This document shows, in pieces, positions 25,960 to 42,461 of a DNA stretch of 64,000 bases. A model generated the notes under the pieces. That model saw nothing but the letters and a program-made list of their open reading frames with translations, searched no databases and was not told the DNA's origin. The stretch's first letter is position 1, and every line of letters starts with the position of its first letter. The DNA is from Yuukianura sp. NJ FZ-2021. Lineage: Eukaryota. Where the stretch lies: assembly GCA_046563655.1 (NCBI GenBank), contig CM102287.1, forward strand, positions 6,386,001 to 6,450,000, given 5' to 3'. The position numbers and the translations under genes are program-made.

Positions 25960-28900
25960 GCTAAGCTAAGGTCAAGTCAAGGTCATCCATCTACACCGTA
26001 GTATATGAATCTACACCGCACTCAATAATCTACAAACACTCAATTTACACTTTACAATGTAACATTTTTATACACCAAAAATTTTCTAGAAAAATGAAGA
26101 ACTGAATTGCATGACAAGCTTTTTTCTTCTTTGTTTGACTTTAAATCAATTCCCTGCTTAAATTGATGGTTATCAATTTCCTTAGAACTGAAACTTTCAC
26201 TTGCTTATTGAGTCGTTTCATTTTGAATTTAAAAGGACACTATGGCTTCATGGTTGTGAATGTGCAAAGAATCTTACAAAATTCGCAAATCAACGCTTTC
26301 CACTTTTGGCTTTCAAACTTACAGCAGTATTCAAGTGCTCTATACCACTACTACCGCCGCCATCGTCTGCTTCACGCTGAATAACTTTGAGTTCGAGTCG
26401 TGTCATTTATTGTTACACTGAGCAGTGACAAGCGTTAGATTGTTTTCGAGCCGCACTTATTTTGCAGTAATGATAGCGATAGAGGAAGTGCAGCAAACGG
26501 AAGAACACATACTAGTCCACAGTTTATTAAATTCTCAATTTTTGCAAAAACCAATCCAGAAAGAAAAGTTAGATAAACAAAGTTGCCTGTGAAAGTGACA
26601 CTTTTCATACATTATTTAGAAGACCCAGTTAAACTTAAAACACAGTGCAAAAGCTCGATTTTTCAGTAACCTTTTGGGACTTTTTGTTGGATGGGAAATT
26701 CGGTTGCAGTCTCAATTGATGTAACAATGACGTAAGTCGAGATTTAGCACTAAACTTTTTCATCCAACAAAAAAGAAGCTTGTTCTTGTTATAGCCGAAA
26801 CTCTTTGTTCAGTTGACATTACAGATATAAAGTAACCTCCTGTTGAAAGGAAACTGAAAGTTGATAGTAGAGTCAACTTAAGAACAAGTTTTCAAGTTTT
26901 GCTTGTGATTTTATAAAAACTTGGCATTAGTTTGGCAAGTGCGAATTTGATCAAGGATATACAGCAGTTCGAATTAAACTAACAAATTAAATCTAATTGG
27001 TGTTATTAATTGCAAAATGAGACTTCCAAGTGAGATTGTACAGTGTTTAGAACTCGAATGATGACTTATTTCCCTTGCATAGTAATTTACTGCAAAAACA
27101 GAAACACAAACGTCAATGAAGTGTCAATTAACAGAATCATCTGTTTGTAAATCCAAATCTTTTGCCAAACTGCACTCAAATTGAATCATGGAATGACGGG
27201 TCAAATAATTGTGAACGATGATTCCAGAATATGGTTCAGGTTTTTGACCGTGGGGCTGCTGAGTAGTGTTGTTGTTGTGGCATATTTGCATGGGCGGAGT
27301 CAAGGTCAGCTGGAGGCAGTGAGGAGTTTTGTATGCAACTGTGAAAGTGATATTCATCATGAGGTCAAAGGTCATCTTGAGGTCACATCTGAAGGCGGGA
27401 GACTAATAAGACAGGAGATATTTCTGTAAGAAAGCGGGTAGCGGCGTCTGTTTGTGACGTAATTTGTTATTAGCGGGAAACTCGGCTAGATTTTTGAATT
27501 TTGAGTTTGAATTTGACAGCGATTGGGGCGACCTTGTTTTGTTGTCAACTTTTTTAAAATTTAAATTGTTTTCAATTAGTTATTTCAAAGTTTGCTTATT
27601 CACTACTTACTTGCTACTTCACACTTTCAAAGTTTTGATGAGTTAGTTGTTTCTGGTTGATCTTCCACTGTAGTCTTGTTTAAAGTCAAGTTCGACTTAC
27701 TGTGTCTCGCGAAAATGTAGAATTGGCAAAGGACCCGAACCGAATGAAGGTGAATTGATCCTAGTCAGGGTGCAGAATTTTTCGGAGATTCTCGTCTTTC
27801 TATCAGTTTCGCTTACCGGATCGGAAGCTATCTAGGCGCTGTACACGTGGTATGGTAATGGCAATATACTTTTTAGCAACTAGGTCTCGTCAATACTACG
27901 CGCATGGTTGTGATCCGGGAAACTAGGTCACTCCGAAAGAAAGAACTTCACTTTTTTAGTGATTTTGATTTGGCACTCGTTACAGGAGTAGTTAGCACCG
28001 GACGTGACGCAACCTAACCGTAGATCGTGTAAATTTGTAAGTGGTTAAATAATTATCTTGCAATCATCCATTGAATGGTACGAGTTGCTTGCCGTTGATC
28101 CAATTACAAGGTCATAAGGTCAACAAGAACTGAATTCAGAACTAAACAATCGCACTCCGAACTGGATTTCACTTTCCGTTCGAATTTCCCTAGACCGGTA
28201 ATTTAATTTTGATCAGGTTAATTTCACTTAATTTCTTCTGTTTAAATTGAGACCTTTACTGGATCAATGTTTTGCAAAGAACAGCTTAATGAGTCATAAT
28301 TTTGCTTAAATTGTTAAAATTAACGTCCCCCCATTACGTTTGACCTTGGATAAATTTTCATGAAGTCCATATGTGACAAAACATGTGGATTTGAGAATGA
28401 TAACTGACCATCACACTTACGCATTTCCAAATCTGAATGATGAACTCATGAATCATTCCTCAGTATCAGCGCGTATAAATCCCGTTGTACTTTTGAACAG
28501 GTCAATATTATGGTTCACCGATTCCTTTGTTTACTGCTTGAGAGTTAGTCAATGTCACTTGTGTGATCGGGATTTAAAACATGAAATCTGGAAAAGACCC
28601 TGACCTAGCGGTATCACAGTGTCATTAATCTTGAGTTTCTTCACCCAACAATTAATTTGGGGATTTAAGCTGGGGGACTCTCGTGTAACTTGAATTTAAT
28701 GCTGGCTTTGATTATATCTTCAGTCCGCATTAGTACCGATTAGCATTACCGCATTAATTATCAAGCCTAAAACGAAAACCTATAAACCACAGCCCTTCAT
28801 ACTATGGGTTTTAAGTGAACCCGCAAAATGTTGCGTTCGTTTGGGGAGTTGATCGATATCCCTAAATACTCAGTCTTGAACAAATTATATTTTTACGTAG

Positions 28901-29845
28901 TCGTAGTAAAGTAAACTGGAGCGAGCAGGCGAAGGTCTTGTGAATTTGGATCAACGGCAGAGAATTTGTTAAAACCTGACTTCATTTAGTATAAAGAATC
29001 GCTATTATCCCTATCATTATAAAAAAAAATCCAAACTTAAGATTAACATCAAAAGAAAAAATCGACTTTTCGCGGAATTATTTTTTGCATCTTCGCTTTT
29101 AGCTGGAGAGGTGTCCCTGTTGTGATTAATTTCCTATTCGTGCAATCATCGTGGTGCTTCAGTCGTAAAGGATGTTCAAGCGATGTCAAAGGTTGGGGAC
29201 CGTCGTGTAAGCCAATATGTTATTCTGCTAACTTATTTTGCATGTTTGAGTGTCCAGTGCATGCTTAGTTTACTCACACTGATCCTCGTTGAATCACGTG
29301 AAACAGGGTTGTGAATTTAACAAACATTTCATTTCGATTTATAGTGCTTCTGCATCTGCGTTTACGAACTGGGACTTTTTTTTTATTATTGCCATTTCAT
29401 TCCCTAACATAGGACCCGGAATTTAATAAGAAGTGTTCGCGGATGCTCAGGAATTTAATTTGATTCCTGTTTATAAGGCTTCATCCTACGCGAAATTTTT
29501 GAAACGGCGTTCTCTTTCTGATGTCGATGGATTTTCTTTTGCTAAACTACGAAAATTGAGAAGGAAACGGAAGTTAGGCTATTTAGCGCTAATGGATTTT
29601 ATTTGTTACTACGAACAACCAACCAGAGTAAATCCGCCAGTTGAGTAGTGCTTTTGCGTCAATAAAGACATGAATGACCTTTCAACTTTTTGCGAAAGGT
29701 CACTCTAGTTTCCAGCGATTCAGCGCTCCCCGTCCATCCAAACCAAGCGCTTAACGGGTGAGCTGCTGTGACCAGCACACCAGCAGCAGCGATCCAGCGA
29801 TCCATCGCCCCCGCAGCTTAGCTTTCTTGAAATCGGTTTCGTCTC

Positions 29846-29900
29846 CCAATGCGCAATCAAGTATAAAAGGCCCATCCGATTTCAATTCTCTTCACAGTAA
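29846..29900 (+). promoter_or_regulatory. CCAAT plus TATA core promoter, probably of the malic enzyme gene
   Basis: CCAAT at 29846-29850 and TATAAAAG at 29862-29869, upstream of a candidate first coding exon at 30091. Confidence 0.5.
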
Positions 29901-30090
29901 GTTCTAAAGTTGCTTTAGTAACTAGACGCTTAATCTTAGAGCGTCACTCGTTAACGACTTTTTATTGGTTCAACCTTTTCAAGTACTATCAGACCATTAA
30001 GAGTCATTCCGTCGCTAAGTGCTAATTTTTCAAGCCTTATTGTCGTCAATATTAGAAGAAACAGCAAAGGTCAAAGCTAAGTGAGCCAAG

Positions 30091-34317
<4,227 letters not shown>

Positions 34318-34882
34318 CTCGTGTGAAACTTCTGCTCGTTGAAGTGGACTGCTGCTTCTGACTGTCATGTCCTTCCCACTAACAACTCATTGGACTTTCC
34401 TTTCCCAAAATTAACCAAATTCCTTCAAAATTTCCCGATTAAATTACCCCAGCTTTAACCGACTGTAACGTAACAATTAATTGACCTTGACTCATGACAA
34501 TTCATAGTGTTCAACTTAATGCTTAGCAACTTTTAGCCATGAAGAAGGGACCATTTAAGCCCTTTGAAGGTAATGAAATTGTCCAAGCTGACACTAATTC
34601 GCTTCAGAGTTTTGACGTAATTTGTGACATCTTCGCTTGGACTTTTTGGTTATGTCGACGTATGCTTTTTCTTTTGCCGTTGCTCCAATTTCATTTTTTT
34701 AGTTCCCTTTTACTATGGTTATGGTTGTGGTGGTTGAAATATTGTACTGGTTAGTATTGGCTGCAGAATATGATTTGGTATTTTTGAATATATTTTGTAA
34801 ATATTTGTATATTTACACCGTATATTTAATTGTCGTTTTTCAAATATTTTAATATATTTTAAACTTCCTTTTATTTTTCCAG

Positions 34883-35013
34883 GTCTTGCTTCATTCTACC
34901 CAGAACCGGCCGACAAACTAGCGTTCTTACAATCACAGCTTTACGATTACCATTTCACTCATGCATTGCCACAAACATACCCGTGGCCCAGTCATGTCCA
35001 AAATGGACACTGA
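34883..35013 (+). CDS. Men-b: Second, distal alternative terminal exon of malic enzyme
   Basis: Strong acceptor TTTTATTTTTCCAG at 34869-34882, same phase (1) as the proximal exon. Encodes GLASFYPEPADKLAFLQSQLYDYHFTHALPQTYPWPSHVQNGH*, homologous to the proximal GGASTYPEPADKGEFIKAQLYDYHYTNALPNVYAWPPEY*. Confidence 0.9.
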
Positions 35014-38000
35014 TTTTGAACCCACTGACAACCGTATTTTAACCTAAGGACACATCAGCGATGAAGCATCAACAGCCACCACATTTCATCGAGTTATCTT
35101 ATGAAAGTAGTATCAGCCAACCAAGAGACGAAATAAACTAAAAGCAAGCGCAAATCAAACATATTCTCGGATGAAGTGATGTTGAAAAGTCAAATGCATA
35201 AGTTGCAATGGTTGCAAATCCCAACTGCCATAGTACATAGTACATGTCTCGCCAAGTAGTTTACTGTTATACTGCCTGATATGGACCGAATAATCCCATT
35301 AGGTCAGAGGTCTTAACCCTGCTCTTACCAATTTTTGTGGCGTGACAATGTCCTATCCAAATTGCTTCTTAACATTTGCCATTTTCTGGATTGAACTGGA
35401 CTTGCAATGAGTTCAGTTCTTCAGTTTCATTAGTTTGGTTTCCAATTGGAAACTTGTTTTGATTACAAAAAGGAGGATACAGTCTCGAAAGAAGCCTTAC
35501 ATGATAAATTACGCTTGAATTAGATTTTGCTGAATCAACAAAAGCAAAACTGTGATTAGCTTTTTAGTGAAAGTTGAGCCTAAAAAGTAAAAATTGGTTT
35601 ATATACTTTAGCGTTGGCTTTGGCATATCTTCACGACGGATTTTTGTTTTCTCTTTTTAGAGGGCGAAAAAGTCGGAGAAACCTGAATAACTTGTACCAA
35701 ATACTAGACATATTCTTGTAACAAGCGACGATTGACACAGAGGCGTCGCATAATTTTGAAATGCTTTCAAAAGCATTAATTTAAGCATTTAATGATAATT
35801 ATCATGTAAAGTTTAACGTTAGCAGAAAGTTGTGGCAGGTTAGGTAAAGCTAGGTTGCGGGAAAGTCACCTTCAAAATGCAACTTCCGACAAACAGTTAT
35901 AGCATAATCAATACGTAGAATAGAAATTCCCATCAGAATTTCTATTTTTGCGAGCAAAACAACGTTTGCGGTAAACTGCACCAGGAAAATTGTTTTGTTT
36001 GTGAAAGTTTTTCTGGTTTTTCGGTTTTGCTAAATTGATCACACGAGTCGTAGTAATTGGGAAGCCATAGGAAAGGTTTTACTCCCTGAATAATACTAAC
36101 CTAGGCTATTATTCCCGACCGACTCAAGTGGTTTTCCTATGTTTAAGTGATATTTTTGCAAACTATTTTTTTGCACAGAGGAGGCGTGGCCGTGGCTAAG
36201 CTTGGCTTCGTTTCCGTTGGCCTTGAGTCACCAACTGCGTAGAAACCGGGTATCTCCCTTCCAAATCCCAATGTCAGACATAATGAAAGGCAGGCTCCAT
36301 AAATCCAGGCACTGGGTTAGTGTTACTAACTCAAAATAAAGTGCAAAAACGAAAGTGTTTGAACAGAAGCGGCTGAACATAGAGAAGATGCGTAGAATCA
36401 CACAAAAGAGTAGTCCATCGTGGGTTATTTTTCTGTTCATGTCAATTTTGTTATTGCGTACTATTTATATTCGGTCAGTCCAGCGTGTCCAAAACAAGTT
36501 TTCCACAAAATTCAATTTAAAATTTTGAAATTAATTCCAACCCACGGATTTTATTTTATGACTTTTTTTTTGCAAGGGCTTGTAGGAAGACCAGGGCTGG
36601 GAAAGTGCGTCGCATGCTCCGGCTTACAGCTTTTGCATAATTTCCGGTTGTTTTTATTCTTTTCGAATCCCTAACGCCGTGGAAATTGCCAATACTGCTG
36701 GGAGGAAAACGTACTCGGGCACTCATGAACGGTCAACCTTGGACCAGCATTTCTTCGAACAAAAAATAAACCGTAGACTTATAGACACTTACTGATGTAC
36801 TTTAGCTTAGGTTGTGTACGGTGTGCTATGTAGGTTCGCAAAAATCCGTCCGGAAGAGTCCGGGAATTAAAGAGAAGTGCGTAAGACTTAGGACTTGAGC
36901 GAACGGTGCGTCGTAAAAGATCGGTTTTTATGCGAATCCGTGGAGTCGTGTGCTAAAATGAAAAGCAGTGAATTGCAAAAGAAAAACAAGTCGTTAAAGG
37001 GGCCCTTAGAGCGTTTTCCAGGGACATAAAATGTGTTTACGAACAGTTCCAAAGGGGTCGATACTTGCATTTCATTATTTTCAACTTTACGTTTACGTTC
37101 TTTCCCTGACTATTTCCCAATGATGAATGAACAGGATTTCGCAAACTGACGATTCAGCTTTCTCATTGTTTAAGATCGCGTTGCTTTCATCAAAACAAAA
37201 TTTTGTCCTCGTTTCGTCTTTCGTGAGAATCCGCTGACTCTTGATTTCGCAAGGCCCTTCTCCCATGTCCGAATTTTTTGTAAACAAGTCCCCTGTCGCC
37301 TTTGTTATGTTCAACGTATTACGCATCATGGAGTTTCTGTGAACTTCTGGGGGGCCTTTTGCAATTTTTTTTTGTTGCAAAATTTCCAAATAAACATATT
37401 TAGAATTCGGCACATCTGTCAACCAGTTGTTTTGAACAGAGTTTAGATTTCAAAGTACTTACAAAGGACAGAATTCTTAATTTGAAAAGCCTTTCAAGTC
37501 ATATTCATAGCCATTTTCGGTTTCTTTGTTGACTATAGTTTGGAATTACAAAGAAAAGAAATAAAAAAGCAGAAAAGTCGAAAAAGTTTTCTTGAATTAC
37601 ACAAATCCTTCAAAATGATTGGAAACTTTGGAGATTTAGCTTGGTGAAAGTCGAAAGCAAGAAGATTAGGGAGCAGTACATGGCATGGGGAAGTCCAAAA
37701 ACTGCACAAAAAAGGAACGAATTAGTTTTGGAAAGTTTAAAAGCCGTCGTTAACTAATTTTAGTGCTTTGTTTACTTCATAAAAATCCAATGCTGTAAAA
37801 AGCAGAAAACCAAATTACTTTTTCAAAAGTTTTACGCACGCCGCTCCATTCTTCCATGATGGCTAGACTAAAAAGTGACGAAAACAAAGCACTCAACAGT
37901 CGTCGTCAGATCACATCTTGTCTAGAATTAACTTTTAAAAAGCGTCACTTCACTGCATCAATGGCTTTTAGATAATGTTTGCAAATTGCAAAAACAATAA

Positions 38001-41000
38001 CAACAACAACTCTAAACCTAATTCAGGTCCATTGAATCTTTCGAATTGAAATTGCAAACCGTGACGTTTAGTGACAAACAGAGATGAAATTTTAAAACCG
38101 AAGATGGTGTGAATAGAAGCTTTGTTTATGACATGCGTCATGTCTCATGTGCGAATATGTTTGCGTGTTATGTTGCACAGAATTCATGTTTTCATGTCAT
38201 CTTGTACGTATACCTAATCGACCTGATGTGTGACTGATGTCAAGGAGGATTGGTTAAAACATTTAGCATGTCAGGTCAAGTTGAGATTTGAGAATTGAAT
38301 GCCAATTTGATTTTGATTTGACCTAGGGACATTGTCTTCTTTTCTACGCTTGCCATATGTCGAGATGTAAGTAAATTGGCAGTAAATTGCCAATTGCTGT
38401 GGTAATCTGAATGCAGGTATAATGCGATCATAATCAGATTCTGAATTACTGTGTGTTAAATTAATGCAGTGGCTGAGGACAAAGGATTCGTGTCATTGGA
38501 ATCTCTATGCTCAGATCACATCAGCATCTGTACAGCATTAAGGTAAGATTGGCAGGAGATTCCTTGAGGACGAATTATACGCACTTTGTGCGGTTGCATG
38601 CTAAGTGTACATTGACTTGGATTGGATTTTGTGGCTAAAGCTTGAGGGTTATGGGAATCTGTCTAAAAGATCTCTCAATAAATTACAGGGAGTCTTAATG
38701 AACATTCACAAATTCAAAAGACAATCAAGTCCATCTGCTTTACCGCCTCTGCAAAGCCATGAATGGCCAATCTAGATGAAGGACGCTACGTAGCAAAAAG
38801 TGCATTTAAGCGTAAACGGTTAAAAATTCTGTTTTTGAATATGTGTTAGCTGAAAACGAATTTCTGGAACTGGAGCCTGGAATTACTATAAATTTTTTGC
38901 GAGCAAAATGAAAAAATCCGACAGTTTGAAAATGACTTTCCCTTATTTTTTGTTTTACAGAAAAAGTGCGTTTCTGTTTTGTTCCCAAACAAAGCGTAGT
39001 TTTTGACTTTCACTTTTATTTCTACGCAGTTTTGTGACCTGAACCTGGAAAACTGGACTCATTTCCTAGTTGATGAATTTTTTAAGGTGACCGTGACCGT
39101 GGCGGTGGGGGAGTTTCCAAATTAAGACATAAATGATGGGGATGACTGTAGTTGTGAGTGTTTTTCAAGTTTTAATTTTGGAATATGAAAGCGCCAGTAG
39201 TGTTCAAATCCAAAAGTGCGTAGTTCCACGAGTAGTGCGTGTTTGTTTCAACGTTTCCTGAGCCAAAACCGCGTTGATTTATTCAGGAGTCACCGTTTTC
39301 CATCACTCATACAAACTTTTCAAAGCACTATATTCCACACTTTTCTGGAAAATAGAATACGCAATGCGTCAATTCGGGTTTTACTGAATAAGGCCAATCT
39401 GCACCAAGAACAAAAAACTAGTGGTAAAAAAGACTTCTGGAGTCGGAGCCTACGTGACTCGGTTCACGTTTACAAAAGGGGGGCTCTGACGCACTTCGCT
39501 ACACGCATCAACAAAACGAGTTACGATCTTACATCATTGCAGTATTCCGTCCAAGTACTGCCATAAGCCTTTAAGGGCCCTCAGAGGTCATTGGACGAAA
39601 ACAATAGAGCAGTTAAAAAATCGAAAAGAGAGGACGGGTAATTGCTGTTTTCCAAGAAAAAAACGTCTTTGTTCAAAAAAGTGTTTTAAAAAATGAAGAT
39701 TTTTATATTTTGGGGGTTGTTAGGTTAAGTTGAACGGAAATGAGACCCAGTTGACATGACTCTGTCCATATTCCATCTGGGTTGTTCTGAGCGCATCATC
39801 ATGCTAAAAGTCTTTACATCCTGTTGCCACATTCAGAAGAAGAAAAATTGCAACGAGACAAAGGCTTTTTCTCGCAAAAGTAGTGCAAAAATCAAGGGTT
39901 CATCTGAGGGGGTTGCGTTTGCGTTATTATCGAGAGCATATCAAAATAGACCAAAGCGTCTTGAGTTGGAAGAATAAAGAGGTCAAGCCAATGACCTCTG
40001 CCCGTGGATCCCATTGAGTGGTGGGTGTAACAAAGAACCACCAACAACCAGATACGACATCTGCAAACCATCACCAAACGACTTCGTTATGTTGACTTCC
40101 TTCTACGAAATGATACAATTTCAGCCAACATGCTTAACAACAACGGAATTATTGCAATTTCATTTAATCCCAATCATCCCTGTGACATATGCGCTCGTTC
40201 TGCATAGTTACTCCCACCTAAACCACCTTTGGCTTAACTTCTACATTAATTTTTGTTAATCATACACAATTATAATGATTTTTAAATATGTTAAAATGAT
40301 TTGTTAGAATAAAATTATGTTAAAATAATTCTAAAATAGTAGTTTTTGTAATGATTTAAAAATTAGCTTTTGTAATGATTTAATAATTCCAAAATAGCTT
40401 GGTAATGATTTGCTCCGAGTCGAAAAGACGTTTTGTCAATTCGACACAAAGTACCTGGGGTGCCTTGAGATTGAGACTCAAATGGTTTAACTCAATTTTA
40501 AGGAACATATAAAGGACTGATAAAAAACCTCACAACAGGAAACGCTATTTTAATTTTTTAGTTTTTAATTTGTGTGAAATATCTAAAAAGTGCAAAACTT
40601 GCTGAAACTCCAAAAAAGAAAGAAACCAATTTCCAATTCGTTATGCTCATGTTTTTAGCGTAAAATGAAGTAAATCGAAATGATCGATGGTTGACAAGGG
40701 TCAATCTGTTCATAAGTTTCTGAGGTCATAGACTCTCTGAATGATATGTCCTTGTATTCGGATTCCGCATGCCACTTTACTACAGCCTCAAATTGATTGT
40801 TTGCGAAAAAATGGTCTCTAAATATATTTGACCGTGACATAAATGCAGGACGTTAAACTTTTGCAATGACCAACACCAAATGAACAAAAACCACCAAAAA
40901 CGAGGCCGCTTGCTTGTACTTAGCTTTTAGCACAGTGCTACTTACATTCAAAGGACTTTACTAATTGTCATACACATAGTAATTAAGAAACTAAAAAGTT

Positions 41001-41290
41001 TAAGAAATATCGACAAGATTAATCATAGTTAACAAATTGCATTTTCTGAATCGAAATCACGAGAAAAATCGCACCGTACGTTCGTACTTTACCTAAATGT
41101 CATTCTGCACTTTTTATTTTACTCGCTTACCTTACAGTACTGAAACTGACCTACATTTTGTTTGAACCGTCTTTTTAGAAATTGACACTTTAAAAATGAA
41201 ACATTACGCAATTCTAAACAGCCAACCGAAACAGCATACCCGACTGACATAAGGAAACAAAGCGTCCAGAATTTTTTGTTGTAAAGTTTT

Positions 41291-41420
41291 GGAGTAGAGA
41301 GAAGAGATAAATGAGAGAGGCAAGGGAATTCTCCCCTCAGTCAACAGAGAGACTCAGGATTGTCAACATCAAGGAAGTGGGTTTAGGATTCAACAACAAA
41401 ATCAATCGATCAGTCAGTTC
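41291..41420 (+). promoter_or_regulatory. Candidate headcase promoter: GAGA-rich tract, DRE-like ATCGAT and Inr TCAGTT
   Basis: GAGAG runs at 41291-41351, ATCGAT at 41405-41410 and TCAGTT at 41414-41419. Followed by a leader with a plausible intron (GTAAGT at 41719 to TTTAG at 41830). Confidence 0.45.
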
Positions 41421-42461
41421 TTTACAATTCAACAACAACATTATAATCTGTTAAATCAAAATCAAAAAGGTGTGAGACTGTCATCCGTTTCATCCCAGAC
41501 GATTCGGAAGACGAAAGAGAAGGAAAGTGACTCAAATGAAATCTAACCGGCAAATTTTAATAATAAAGTAAAACAAATAATTGTTGACATTGACTTTGAC
41601 GCGAAGGAATCTCGAATCATCACAAGTGACAACATTACGTCGAGTCGAACCAGCACAACCAGCAAATCGTTATCTACCGAAGGTCGTCGTCTCATCGCTG
41701 ACGACGATATTTGCAATTGTAAGTTATTTTGAAAGCGAAACGACTGATTGAGAAGTATGAAACTGAAAGAGTACATACATACTATTTACTTTCGTAAGTT
41801 GATAATTTCAATTTCGTATGCTTTGTTTAGATCCACTGGACCTTGTTTCTGCCAGTGTCTTTCAACGGCCATTCATTGCGACTTACCAGTGTCAACCGTG
41901 TCATCCAGCTTAAAACCACTCCATTAAGGCGTTTCGAAAAACCACTGACAACTTCGGAGGATGCAAATGACAAGCCGGGCTTCTTCTGGCAATTTATGTG
42001 AAGAATAAGGTTAGATCCCGACAGCACTATTTAGCCTTGCATTGTATTGTCCAGTGCACTAATGTCACCAATCAACCCAAACAGAAATTGATCTTAAGTT
42101 TAATTTGAAACAGCAACTAAGGTGCATGGGGTTAAAATAGTCAAAAACCAAGGATCGATTAGGAGAAACTGCTCACAGGAATTCACCGGGGAACGAAGAT
42201 ACGCTGAACTTGGTTCGTCAATCACTTCTTCGGCTATTCACTACGAAACCGGGTTCCACTTTCAGTACCTTGATGACATTGATTGGTGCATCCTCCAAGT
42301 GATTCAGAATTTCGAATTTTTCGAAGATTCTGCAATAATAGGACGAAAAGGCAAACGAATATTAGAAGTTTCTATTCAATCTCAAGACGGCAAGAAGAGG
42401 ATCTCAAGTGTTACTGCGCGCTGGACATCAAGCCGAAGATAATCCACAAGAAGTCATTGTA

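Noticed and set aside
26435..26820. Hydrophobic minus-strand open stretch after a CACAG acceptor
   Set aside because: No upstream exon in a compatible phase could be attached with confidence.
35641..35686. Strong acceptor-like tract (…CTCTTTTTAG) that could give a third malic enzyme ending, EGEKVGET*
   Set aside because: No homology to the conserved tail; pyrimidine tracts ending in AG are frequent in this AT-rich DNA.
35919..35946. Perfect 11-bp hairpin AATAGAAATTC/GAATTTCTATT (similar short hairpins at 2923-2948 and 6272-6302)
   Set aside because: Too short for a pre-miRNA and expected occasionally in AT-rich DNA.
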